Shown in pieces: positions 12,396-23,600 of a DNA stretch of 59,350 nucleotides (positions are counted from its first letter, which is position 1; each line of letters opens with the position of its first letter). Where the stretch lies: positions 1 to 59,350 of the forward strand of contig JAAILG010001970.1 of assembly GCA_012026655.1 (NCBI GenBank), written 5' to 3'. The notes below the pieces were generated by a model. It did not search any database. It was not told where the DNA came from and saw only the letters and a program-made list of their open reading frames with translations. The position numbers and the translations under genes were made by a program. Origin of the DNA: Hydrolagus affinis (taxonomy: Eukaryota).

Positions 12396-12904
12396 AATTC
12401 ATAGAGTGCCAGAGCAATGCACATGCCTGAATTTAGCTGGAAATTATTAAGATATTGTGAGATTGTCTAGATTCTGCCTCTACAATGCAGTAAAAACCTT
12501 CTGGGATGTTATCTATTTCGAAAAGCTAGCTTGTTGGTTAAAGGGAAACATGAGATACATTTATCATGTCTGGATACAGGGCAATACTAACCAATCGAAG
12601 AACCTTTAAAGTAAACAATCATTTAACCCCTATGTTTTCTTCATTGTTTCCTTTGTAAAACTTTGCCCTTCCCAAGGACGGTTACTTTTCAGTGGACGGT
12701 AATTATGAATCCACACTCGACTGCAAACGTTTGTAGATTTACTGACACCGAAAGTTTACTAAGCGCTTCCAAGGTATCAATACTCCAGCATTCAATTGAT
12801 GACAGAGTCTATGGAAATGTTGGATTTAGCTTCTCATTGGCCAGTGGCTGTTAAATGTATCCAGGGAGAAACTACTGTTCTCCTTCAAATAGAATCATGG
12901 AATC

Positions 12905-13037
12905 ATGATCGTTTGCGACTGTTTGTGGGACACTGCTTGTGCAATTTGGCTGCCGTGTTTCTCCCACAAGTATATAGTCGGCTTTCCTGCTCTCCTTCCC
13001 CCTGCCCCTCCCCTTGACATCTTTTCCCCCCCATTTC

Positions 13038-13075
<38 letters not shown>

Positions 13076-13322
13076 CAACAGGTCATAATAATAATAGTAC
13101 TTTTATTTGATATAGAGCTTTTCATGTCTTCTAGACATCTGAAAGCACTTCACAAAAAATACTGTAAAGTGAATTGACTGTGTATTTGTGGGCAAAATGA
13201 ACCTGAAACAGGCTGACTGGACCTAGGTTAATGTCTCATCTGAAGATGGTAACTCCAACAATCAAAGTCCCTCCATGGGGCTTGAAGCCACAACCTTATG
13301 ACTCAGAAGTGAGAGTGCTATC
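12905..13322. mobile_element. Cluster of SINE fragments: + core 12905-12980, - tail 13085-13199, - long-type head/Deu 13200-13322
   Basis: Each piece matches the SINE copies elsewhere in the window. Confidence 0.7.
13041..13074. repeat. (GATT)n microsatellite
   Basis: About eight perfect units. Confidence 0.95.
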
Positions 13323-13667
13323 TGAATCTTGGGTACATATTAACAGACAAATGCTCTATTTTCATTCATAGGACGTGGTGTAAGTTTCTTTGCTACTGTT
13401 ACTCTTCTTTGTGAAAATTCAGTTCATTTAGTTTAATTATCATAAACTTCCCATAGTTGGGTCGTGCTTGTTCCCACGATGGAGTAATTCATATGATATC
13501 CCTCTTATTTGACAACACGGAAAGCTTTACAGACTGAAAGGTAATCATTTTTCATCGGTGTAGATTTGTGGATTTTTCTCCCCATGAATTTTCCTGTTTC
13601 TGCCACAAAAAAAACGAGTGTAAGAAGTACACGAGAAAATACTCCAACTGGTTTGACACTACTGGAC

Positions 13668-13872
13668 GTCTAATATTTGATACTTTCTAATGGGATTCCA
13701 CAATAAGGAAACTCAAAGTACGTAATGCTGACTGGCAGGAACTTCTCTCCGGCACAATCTACTTTCGGAGCGGATTTCCCGAGAGTCGACGTGATGTGTG
13801 TGACAGATTTCCAGTTACCGTCGTCCCCACGCGGATTAAGGGATCCCATTAGAAATCACAGCCTATTAGACC
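13668..13872. mobile_element. MITE family Y, copy 1
   Basis: Inverted ends GTCTAATA..TTTCTAATGGGAT / ATCCCATTAGAAA..TATTAGAC; internal TACTTTCGGAGC is shared, in reverse, with copy 2. Confidence 0.7.
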
Positions 13873-15526
13873 GCCATGGCCTTTGAAATTACCTTAGGTG
13901 GATGTCATTCTAAGTATCTGGGTCAGCTCTCAAGTTCCTGAGCAAATAATAACCACCTAAAAAAAAACACACACAACAGGAATTGTAAGAGAGCAATCAA
14001 AGCAGCATAGTGTTAAAAGGTTCCTTTCTCAGCACCCAGAATTTCATCGGACTTTGTTCTCCGTTGACGAATGAACCCGAAAAGATATTGGAGGCAATGG
14101 TTTTAACAGTAGCTCATGTGGATCATGACAAACACATACACTTACTTACATTACTGTTCAGTGAATGTGTGCAGGAGTGGGATAAGAGATGGAGGGCATC
14201 AATCTCTGGTCAATTGACTGTGAAAAGGAAATGAAGAAAGTAATACGGATGTGCCTCAGGTAGACAACCTCTCGCGATTGGTCACTCTAGACATATAAGC
14301 AGCATATAGTTGAACGAGTGCTCCCCAGACACTTTACGATGTGCCGTGATGGTGTATTATACACACAAATGGAGCTTGTTTTGAATGACTCGTTCACACT
14401 GGGGTAAGTGAGAGGTTGCATTGCAGCCAATAAATAAAAATTCCTATCCTATCGAGCGCTTACTTGTGGCCTGGTGATGGTAATAATAGAGGATAAAATT
14501 CTAACCGAAGGGTAAAATGAACCAAACCCCTTTTTATATGAAAATAACCTTTGAAGTGGTTTCCTGACCATCACACTTATGATCTCTGAGATGTTTCAAA
14601 CAATGACCTCTGGGCTCCTTCAGACCATTTTATCCTAAACTTTAAGAGCAGCATTAATTGTAGCAGATTTTTGTAAGTTCCATCTTAAGTTTGGAAGTTT
14701 GTTCTCTACAGAAAACAGCTTTCAAATTTGAGACTAAATGTAAGAATTTAAGAGGTCAGAAAATTGTCTTGCGGGATAATACTAAATGCAATTTCAGGCC
14801 ATTAACTTTTTGCTGCTTGTGTATTCTAGGCTAGCGTCAGCCTTAGTGTCAGCCTCGACCCGAAGCTCAGTGTTGCATCAAAGCTTGAACCCACAACCTT
14901 GTGACCTCTCTTGTTGTTGTCAGTGTTACCAACAGAGCCAAGGTGACTCGGTGGTGAATCTATTAAAGCATTTAATTATTTCTCCACTCCCCAGCATTGG
15001 TCAGTCTGGAGTATGAAAGTGTGATGTGGGGCAGTCTATTATTTCGTAACCACATCATCAGTCTATTGGAGGAAGCATCGTACAGAGTTGACCTATCTGA
15101 CTTTACTCAGACACTACAATGGTCTTGCTTCACCCCTCTGCTTGTATCAGTGGGGAAAGCAATCAGTTGGCATTTTGACTTTATCCAAGCTCCTAAGCAC
15201 TATTTGCCTGTGCAAAGTCTATAGACTGTGGGTGGAGGACAGACTCAGTTCACTTGTCACGGCTGAATATTTTACTCACTGGAAACTTATATGAAGCGCT
15301 AAAAATAGCAATCTTTTTGTTGTGCCTTTATAATGGCAATTCCTTGTAATCTGCACGACAGCAGTTTGCACCCTGTCAATGTACAGTCAATGTGCAAGCT
15401 CAAAGTTTGCCAATCCCAAAAGCATCTCTTCCCTCTCCCATAATGTAAACATAAGAGTTAGAAATTCTACATTCAAGGAAAGAAACAGGAGTACAATAGT
15501 CTGTTATTCAAAACCAACATAAATCA

Positions 15527-16099
15527 GGGTCTACTTTGGAGCTCCTGTAGCTCAGTGGTTAATGCACTCGCCTTACAAGTGTAAGACCTGTGTTCGAATC
15601 CAGGCAGATCAGGACGAAACCCTGGGCAAGTTTTCTTACTCCACACACCTAATAATAATCTATCCCAAAAAAAACACAATAATAAAATTGGTCATTTCAT
15701 TCCACGATTGTTTGTGGGTCACTGCTGTGCGCAATTGGCTGCCGCATTTCATCCACAAATATACAGTCAATTCACTTTACAGTATATTCTGCAAAGCACT
15801 TTGAGACGATGATAAGATGTGACAAACGCTATATCAAATGCAAGGATTATTATTATTATTACTTACAGCATTTCTTAATGGGATTCCTTAATAATGATCA
15901 GTTAGAGATTGGAATCTCATTCAACCTATGGAAAGTCTGCTCCGAAAGTAAATCACGTTGGTGGAAAACTTTGGCAGGTCCGTGTTACATATGTTGTTTG
16001 GTTACAGGAAGGAAGGAGTCCATGTTACCCTCCCCCTCTTTTGCATGGCTCAGATTTCTTATTAAGGAATCCCATAAAGAAATAGTGCAAATTAGACCC
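15527..16099. mobile_element. MITE family Y, copy 2, with its left TIR interrupted by a SINE
   Basis: Outer GGGTCTACTTTG (15527) / CAAATTAGACCC (16088). Inner 25-bp inverted repeat 15870-15894 / 16059-16083 with one mismatch. Confidence 0.8.
15538..15861 (+). mobile_element. Full-length short-type tRNA SINE (SINE2 with partial Deu core and L2-type tail)
   Basis: A-box TAGCTCAGTGG, B-box GTTCGAATCC, tRNA(Ala/Val)-like head, Deu 3' core and (ATT)n tail; many similar copies in the window. Confidence 0.92.
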
Positions 16100-19000
16100 A
16101 TTGTATAAATGAACAGATGGCTAGCTATTGTCGCAAAGCTACAGTAAAGTCTCAAACTTCGGCTGAGGTTTGTGATCTAATTTGAACCCATTTGATTGTT
16201 ACAGCCCAGTTACAACCCACTCTCAGCCATTTGACACTCTATATTTACCTGGTGCGAAAATCGATTTGTAATCAGAATGATTAGAAATGTGTTAGTGAAA
16301 TTAAAACGCAGCTTCAAAAATTGTGCTTTCAGCTAACTGAACTTACATTTTTGTTTGTTAAATATCACTGATAGTATATTGCCAGAAAGGTAACCTTGAG
16401 TCTAGCTGTCTTCATTTGGGTAGGTAGACTAGCCCATGCCGTTTATCTTGTTGTGCATTACTGTTGGCAGCCGTTGACAGTTGGCAAGATGGAATTCCAC
16501 CTTGTTTATGCTACGGACACTGAGCCAGGATTTTAGCTGATTGTTGTAGTGATTGTACATCATTCATCTGATTTGTATGTAGAATTTCACAATCAATTTT
16601 AGTCGCCTAATTTGCACAGCACTTGGTAGAAAGAATCCTGCTGTTCATTGCATTGAGGAAGCTCCTTGCACATCTTTAAATCTCGCCTTTGCCAACTCTA
16701 GTAGGGGTAGCAAATGGGCAGTTTTACATTATATACACACAAAAAAAAATCACCCGTTTATATGTTAATCTGTCTTGGTTATTCACTGAAGTTCATGGGA
16801 GATAAATTTGCCTTCGACAAACACGGATGCATTATGGGTCAAAGCTATTTGAGATATAAAGGATTGTGTGGGTCGAAAATGGTTGAAATTGTATAATCAC
16901 GGCGAACTATAATTGGTTTAAAAACTACTTTTTTTCACGTTTAGTGCTGGAAGTTATTGCTCACGTATGACTTGCGTTTCGGTCAGTAATTGAACACTGA
17001 AATATCAATATATAATACGACAAAAGGTTTGCTAATAGCATACATTTAACACGGCAGTCAGGGAAATTTCTCTGATCCCTCCTCAAATAACCAGCCCGCA
17101 GACTGAAATGCAAAAAATGATCCTGAGTGAAAAGAGATGAATTTATAGAATACTTTGTGTGGTGCAGCCAGTGACCTTTCCACAAGGGTTCATGGCTTTT
17201 CTCGAAGAAACAGATGGGTAATAGCAGAACGCTGAAATCATGCTCTACAAATATGGACACAGTGATTGCAGTCCTGATTGTATACCATATGGCTGCTGAG
17301 CGAAGGGCTGACGTGCAAACTCTTAAGATGCAACATTTTTGTGGGAACAGTCATTATGCTTATAGGCTGAAACTTATGAAAATGAGCACTTAAAAAATGT
17401 ATGCAGGTGATGCTAAATTGTAGCCTTTCTTCAAAATGACTGACAAATTATTGAAGACATTGTAGTGTATGATTTTAACCCTCTGCTGGGCAGGGTAAGC
17501 AGTTTGATTTCAGAAATGGATCAAATCAATAGAAATAACATATTGTACCTGCAAAATTGAACAAAACACTCGTAAAGCACGGTGTCGTAATGAAACTTTT
17601 ATAATGAATTGGTATGGGTTTACATTTGGAACGTAACTATTGACTCCAAAACAAGAAAGCTTTGCTTCTTTCTAATGAGTCTTGGGAGACACACAATTTC
17701 AATAGGGGCTCAAAGCACAAAATATTCCCTTTTTTTTCGGTTAATAAGAACTATAAACCATAACTCATTTGCTTGAAGTCGTGACAGTACATCTCAGTAC
17801 CAATAATCAGTTCTTTTTTACTTCTCAGCAAGCATTCCGCATTGCACATTCCTACCACACCAGGCAGTCGTGGCATTGAAGAAATGTAATATCTTCAATT
17901 TTTCCTGCACTCAAAAGCAAGTCCAAACATTCTGTTTTCTTCATCGACTGAAGAGCTTCTCCTGACAGACTTTCTTCTACATCGACTAAAAAGCATCTCC
18001 AGAGATTCTGTCTTCTTTGTTCTCTGAAGCACATTGCCACATTTTTCAAGGCCAGTTCTGTTCCAATTACACCTGTGCAAAATATATTTGGTTGTTTGTT
18101 TCATTTACAATTTCTCTCAAGTAAGAAGCGATCAGTTTCAGATGATTTGCCAACTTTGAGCCAACTTTGAGCCAAGACAGGGCCCCCATGAAATTTTATG
18201 TTGAAATTGGTCACCTACACAAGTCTACATTCTATTTTTTTTTAACAAAAATATTACAGCAGCTTGTTCAAAATGTGACTTTGTTCTTTAACATGTTAAG
18301 AATCTTACGAGAAGGCAAATTATCTTTGAAAGCAATGAGAGCTTTGAAAAATAATTATAGTGGGGAATTTGCTCCTGTATTACTAGATACCAGCTGCTTT
18401 TTTCAGGTACTCCCTCTGATGTGACAAGTAATGTTGCACTTCCTTACAATTTTATCTGCATCCGGCCTCTGTATCCCCTAGTGTTCTGCGGTTTACACGC
18501 ACTGAAGTATGAACTTTTCTAGCCCTCTTTGTGCGAGGTGCCCAGAGTCACCCAGAAATCATCATGTTCCAGAGGCGGAATGGACGTGAGTTTTTGTGGA
18601 AGAGAAACACTTATTTGATTTATAGTCATTTTATTGCTCTTCACAACCTCAATTAATTTTTTTTTGCATTGATGTGATAATAACCATGTCTTTTGCCCTG
18701 GATATTTCAATCAGAACCCAGTACAAAATGATAGATCAAGGTGTCACCAGTAGAGCAATGTACAATACCTCTAAAGTGCAACAGCAAAAATGATCGTAGT
18801 CCGCAATTTAAGCCACCATAAGATTACCGTTAAAACACAAAACAAGGAATACATTATGAAATGTTTTAATGTAAAGAGAGCCTGATTTCAAAGTATCTGT
18901 CAGTGGAGCATAAACGCTATTTTAGTATGCCTAGACTAATGATTTCAACATTTCCTTTATTCCTTTGATTTATGTAAGTTGAGTTCTATCACATAAACTC

Positions 19001-20451
19001 AATCCAGGATAACTACTGTTGTCTGATTAATTTTGCACAGACTGTTAGCATGAATCCACTGGGGTATGAGAGGTTACAGAGGCACTGGCCCCATTTTCAT
19101 TTTGCCCTGTTTTTAAGTGTCTGAGAGCTTTCACTCATGAACATTTAAATATGTTTAAAATCACATACTTTCGTGCTGATCGAACCAAGGGTTTCTCGCT
19201 AAGCATTGTGTTAGCACCTCAGCCCACAGGAACCAGAACCATGACCAATGAGCTAGTGATCAGGAAAGGAATTCCAAGTACTTTAGCAAATGCTTTTTTT
19301 CATAGAGAGAGAGATAGCACGAAAGCTAGATAGCAGTAGATAGTACATAAAGTGACTGCATTAAAGGAAAATATGGATTATGCTGTACATCTTTGCATAA
19401 GATTTAACCATATTTGATCAATACTTTAAAAATTCCAAGTTATCTGCTCGTGATGGTGGAAGGTGAACATAAATGAATTCTCAGAGGAATTCCTAAAATG
19501 GTACAGCACATTTCACGAGTTTGCAGAAAAAGATTTCCTTGGAGCCTTTCAGATGCTTGTAATGAAATTCACTCCATTTCCTCTTCCCAGCCTTTTTAAA
19601 TAGATCAGTATATAAAATGTCCAGGGATCTTTTACACCAGGTCAGCAGGCTCTTTGATTAGCAGAGAGCCTAAAACCGCACGATTGCCGGTGCTATCTTT
19701 CTGGCCCTGCAACTAAAAAAAACGCAACAGCTCAAAGGTCTCACTTATTCCAGAATCAGAAAGTATCTGGGTCAGAGTGTTGCTCCTCTCAAACGCCCTA
19801 CAGCCACAGACCTAACCTGCGAAATAATAAGAGAATTGAGTTGTTCGCTGGCCTAACCCGTGGAGTAATACACAGTGCCACTAGAACTGATAATTGTTGT
19901 GGGAATTGGATTACACTGCACCCATTTCCAGAGCATTCTGTTCAGGTTTAGGAGTTAAACACTGCATTTTGAAAGAGAAAGGAAACAAAATCAAAAGCCA
20001 GCTAAATCGAGAGCTATTTGAAATCTCAAGGATAACCACGGTACAGTTAGATCTCCCAGAACAGTGACTGTTTCTATCGAGTGAACAGATGTTGGAAGCC
20101 AGCAATGATTTTTGCTATTTTATTTTTTTAAAATCTGTGAATCTCTGTTAAAAGAAAAATAATTTTTTTTTTAACAGTGACGTATTTTAAATCAAACTCA
20201 GACTCCAAACAAGACAGGGCTCGGTATCTCCATTTCTGATCTGGCAGTTTGTTGACTGAAACACTTGAATGTTTTATAAAACATAAAACATATGGCATAC
20301 AATCCATATGTTCCATATTTCGCTGCAGTTGTTTAACATTATATACTGGATTATATATATGCAGTACTTTTCCAGAGTGAAATCTCTCTAAGCGGATTTT
20401 AAAGTGACAATAATAGAAGGAAACATTGGAAGTGATCTAAGGGTGAGATGG

Positions 20452-20743
20452 TAATAAATAATAATCCTTGCATTTGATATAACGCTTTTCACGTCTTTTA
20501 GACATCTCAAAGCGCTTCACAGAATATACTGTAAAATGAATTGACTGTATATTTGTGGGTGAAATGCGGCAGCCAATTGCCCACAAACATTCGTGGATTG
20601 AAATAACCAATTTTATTATTGTGTCTTTGGAGGGATTAGGCGTGTGGAGTAAGGAAACTTGCCCAAGGTTTCGCCCTGATCTGCTTGGACTTGAAACACA
20701 GGTCTCATGCTTGTAAGGCAAATGCTGTAACCACTGAGCTACA
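20452..20743 (-). mobile_element. Short-type tRNA SINE, near full length
   Basis: Reverse-complement match to 15538-15861. Confidence 0.9.
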
Positions 20744-20936
20744 TGGTATGCCCTTCATGTTTAACTGTCTGAGATAGATGACATTGAAAAGTAGCCGTAT
20801 TTGCAAAATACAAACATTTTATGCCATTGAAAACAATTTCAGTTTGAATTGCATTCAGTTTGAATGAAACACTACGTATCTGTTCTTTGCTTATTGCACA
20901 TTTTTCCGGGGGTAATAATGATCACTTTTCCAGGTG

Positions 20937-21138
20937 TAATAATCCCTTCAGAAAAAATCTTAATTTGGGCACTCAGTCCACGACTGTTTGTGGGACACTG
21001 CTGTGAGCAACTAGCTGCCGTGTTTCGCCCACAAAATATATAGTCAATTCACTTTCAAGTATATTCTGTGAAGCGCTTTGAGATGTCTTAAAGACATGAT
21101 AAGGCATTATATCAAATGCCAGGATTATTATTGTTATT
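20937..21138 (+). mobile_element. SINE 3' half
   Basis: TCCACGACTGTTTGTGGGACACTGCTGTG...GAAGCGCTTTGAGA...AGGATTATTATT. Confidence 0.85.
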
Positions 21139-22032
21139 TATTGTACTTTACATAACTGTGAAGCACTTTGCGCCATTTCATCAAAATATCAAATACCATA
21201 ATTTTATTTCTATAAAAGCTTTGATTATTGCAACTGAAATTCATTCTAAAAAAAATCCTGAGTAGAAAATAATATGTAAACTCCAATGGCATGTCCAGAA
21301 AATACTCCTTTGATTGTTTATTACATGAAAGAAAATGATTCAATAAAAATCAGGTGAGCTTTGAGGACAGACCGGTTTCACAAACTCAACCCATCTCTCT
21401 GTCTAATGGTTTTATGCAACATCAGCAAGTTGTATTAATTTGCCTTGTTTAACTTAACTGTTTCTATCTGAAAGAGCACATAGAAGAAGTGCATGTGACA
21501 GTCTCCCTGGAGCCTGCCATAATGGCATTCAGTTAACAGTACACAGGGGAACCCATGTGATATCCCCCTCAGAGAATTTAATCCAACTGACTTTAATTGA
21601 AAGAACACATAGAGCTATATGCTCATGGTAGATTCAACTGTTTCTTTTCAGTTTGTCTGCTTTATATACCTTTCTTGATTTGCCAGCATTAAAGGTCTCG
21701 GTTCTTTTAATCTGAATAAAATAGACAAAGTAGCCTGGTTCTGCATAACATATGCAAATAAAATGAAATGCATAAAGATAATAGGGCAATCGGGACAACT
21801 TACACAGTGGAATCCCATTGCTGTGTGCAGTGTCGAGTCTGGACAGAGATAAAAGCTTTACATAACCTGACGTGCACAGTACAGCTGTATCATTACTTAC
21901 CATGTAAGGAGCAAAATGGGATTGGGTAACAACCTGGGCCAATAGAAAAGCAAGGCCGCACATTTTCTGTGGAATCCACTACAAACCTACTAGGCCCCAG
22001 GCTCCCGCATGCTATTTGCTCGATGCTGCTAA

Positions 22033-22465
22033 TAGAAACATAGAAATAGGAGTAGGCTGTTCAGCCTCTCGAGCCTGTTCTACCATTGTATAAGATCATA
22101 GTTGATCTGTACCTCAAGTCCAGTTACTCACATTTGCTCCATTATCCCTTAATATGTTGACCTAATGAATACAGGTAGACCTTGCTTAATGTTGCTTTGG
22201 TCAACGTTGTTTCATTATTACATTGCCTTTATGTAGGGGAACGTATATTCATTTAACGTCGCAATGTTCGCTGTTACATAATTTGCCAGTGGGTGGAAAC
22301 TGAACTACTTTGGGTAGCGTAGACATGCACAGACGCTGAACATCCGGTATTCTTGCCTGGGTTGGCTTAACGTCGTTTTGCTTAAAGTCGCACATTTCAC
22401 GAACACAACTGCGACATTCAGCGAGCACTAAGTGTATCCATCTGTCTCCATCTTGAAAATGTGGG
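22033..22465 (-). mobile_element. CR1 3' tail nested in MITE X and split by a Tigger-like element
   Basis: TAGAAACATAGAAATAGGAGTAGGC...TCGAGCCTG...AAGATCAT is the typical antisense CR1 end and is similar to 58477-58635; it appears to resume at 22437. Confidence 0.75.
22172..22434. mobile_element. Tigger-like (TcMar/pogo) non-autonomous element
   Basis: Flanked by TA on both sides; imperfect TIRs CAGGTAGACCTTGCTTAATGTTG / CGACATTCAGCGAGCACTAAGTG; subterminal AACGTCGTTTTGCTTAAAGTCGCA resembles Tigger ends. Confidence 0.75.
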
Positions 22466-22618
22466 TGGAGCGATGCTGCTTGCACATAACATGGCGCGGG
22501 GAATGTTGGGAGTGTTTGAACAGCATGAGCGGGAAATCGACTTCGCTAGTGAGTGACCCACGATAGGAATAGCAGCTGCCTCACGCTACTGCTGTTTATT
22601 TGATCAATGCCTGGCCTA

Positions 22619-22684
22619 CAACTACAACAACGAAATTACATTGATAGAGCGCCTTTCCGGTCGGGAGGGCGTCCCTATAAGAGA
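22619..22684 (-). mobile_element. Very short L2-type 3' tail nested in MITE X
   Basis: (CAA)n AAATTACATT.ATAGAGCGCCTTTC...GTCCC; absent from the 136-568 copy; flanked by CCTA on both sides. Confidence 0.75.
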
Positions 22685-23029
22685 CCTAAACTGAGTTCCT
22701 GCCACCAATTCTTAGTAAGTGCTGTACTATTCAAATTCACATAACTACATGTTCAGGAAATATGTGCCTTGTAGTTTTAATCCAGGTTGTTTCACAAAAA
22801 ACATCTCCCAACAGGACCAACCTCCGCAATTGTCTGCAAAATTTGTCAAATACCCTGCAATTTTTGGCAAATATTTCCACAATTTTCTATTAGCCCAAGT
22901 GAAATCTTACACATAGTAGCATTGTATTTACCTATCTGAATTTAGAAGACACATGAATAAATACTGTCTTCATCCCCTGCCAACCTGCCCGCCCCCCCTC
23001 TGCTCAGCAGGCTCCAGCCTGCTCCATGT

Positions 23030-23319
23030 CCCCTGACCCACCTGCCCCACCATTGGGCGAGCCTTCAGCCACTCTGCCCCTAACTGCTGGAATTCCATCC
23101 CGCAGTCCCTCTACCTCTCCCCTCCCTAGCCTCCTTCAAATCCTGCCTCAAGACCCTCTTCTTCGATGGTCCCATCAGTCACCCCAAATCTCCCCTTTCC
23201 CTCCACCCTCCCCATCCCCCGACCCCAGCTCGGGCCTGAAACATTGACTTTCCAGTGCCTTGTGACGTCCTCCTGACGTGAAAGCGCTATACAAGTATAA
23301 TTGTGTTATTGTTGTTGTT
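23030..23319 (+). mobile_element. L2 LINE 3' fragment
   Basis: GCCTTCAGCCAC...CTGGAATTCC (AFS..WNS motif), a C-rich UTR and a GTGAAAGCGCTATA..(TTG)n tail. Confidence 0.7.
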
Positions 23320-23419
23320 CATCCACTCTTTTGAAAGTAACTGCATTCAGTACAGTATAAGGAAATCCATCCCATTAATAATATGCCTCAAACTACTCAA
23401 AAGAAATGATAGGAAGCAT

Positions 23420-23600
23420 GGGAAACAGAGGAAGGAGCTTGCGTGGGTGGTGACTAAAGGAAAAGTGCAAGAGATATTTCTTCAAAGGATTTTCAAAGGA
23501 AGAATACATGCAAGAAGAAGGGATTTGGAGAGAGTATTCCAGAGAATGGGAACAGATGGCTTGGACATCAATAGTGGGATCATTGGTGCAAGGAACAAGC
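23420..23600 (-). mobile_element. Degraded L2-type fragment
   Basis: Minus frame reads ..VPILWNTLSKSL.., similar to the L2 PxLWNSLP motif. Confidence 0.45.

Larger units (their letters stand above)
21935..22897 (+). mobile_element. MITE family X, full copy with 15-bp TIRs and three nested insertions
   Basis: TGGGCCAATAGAAAA (21935-21949) and TTTTCTATTAGCCCA (22883-22897), 14/15 inverted match; body matches 136-568. Confidence 0.75.

Noticed and set aside
15538-15612. tRNA gene
   Set aside because: No acceptor stem or oligo-T terminator; it runs straight into the SINE body, and the same head recurs in several copies.
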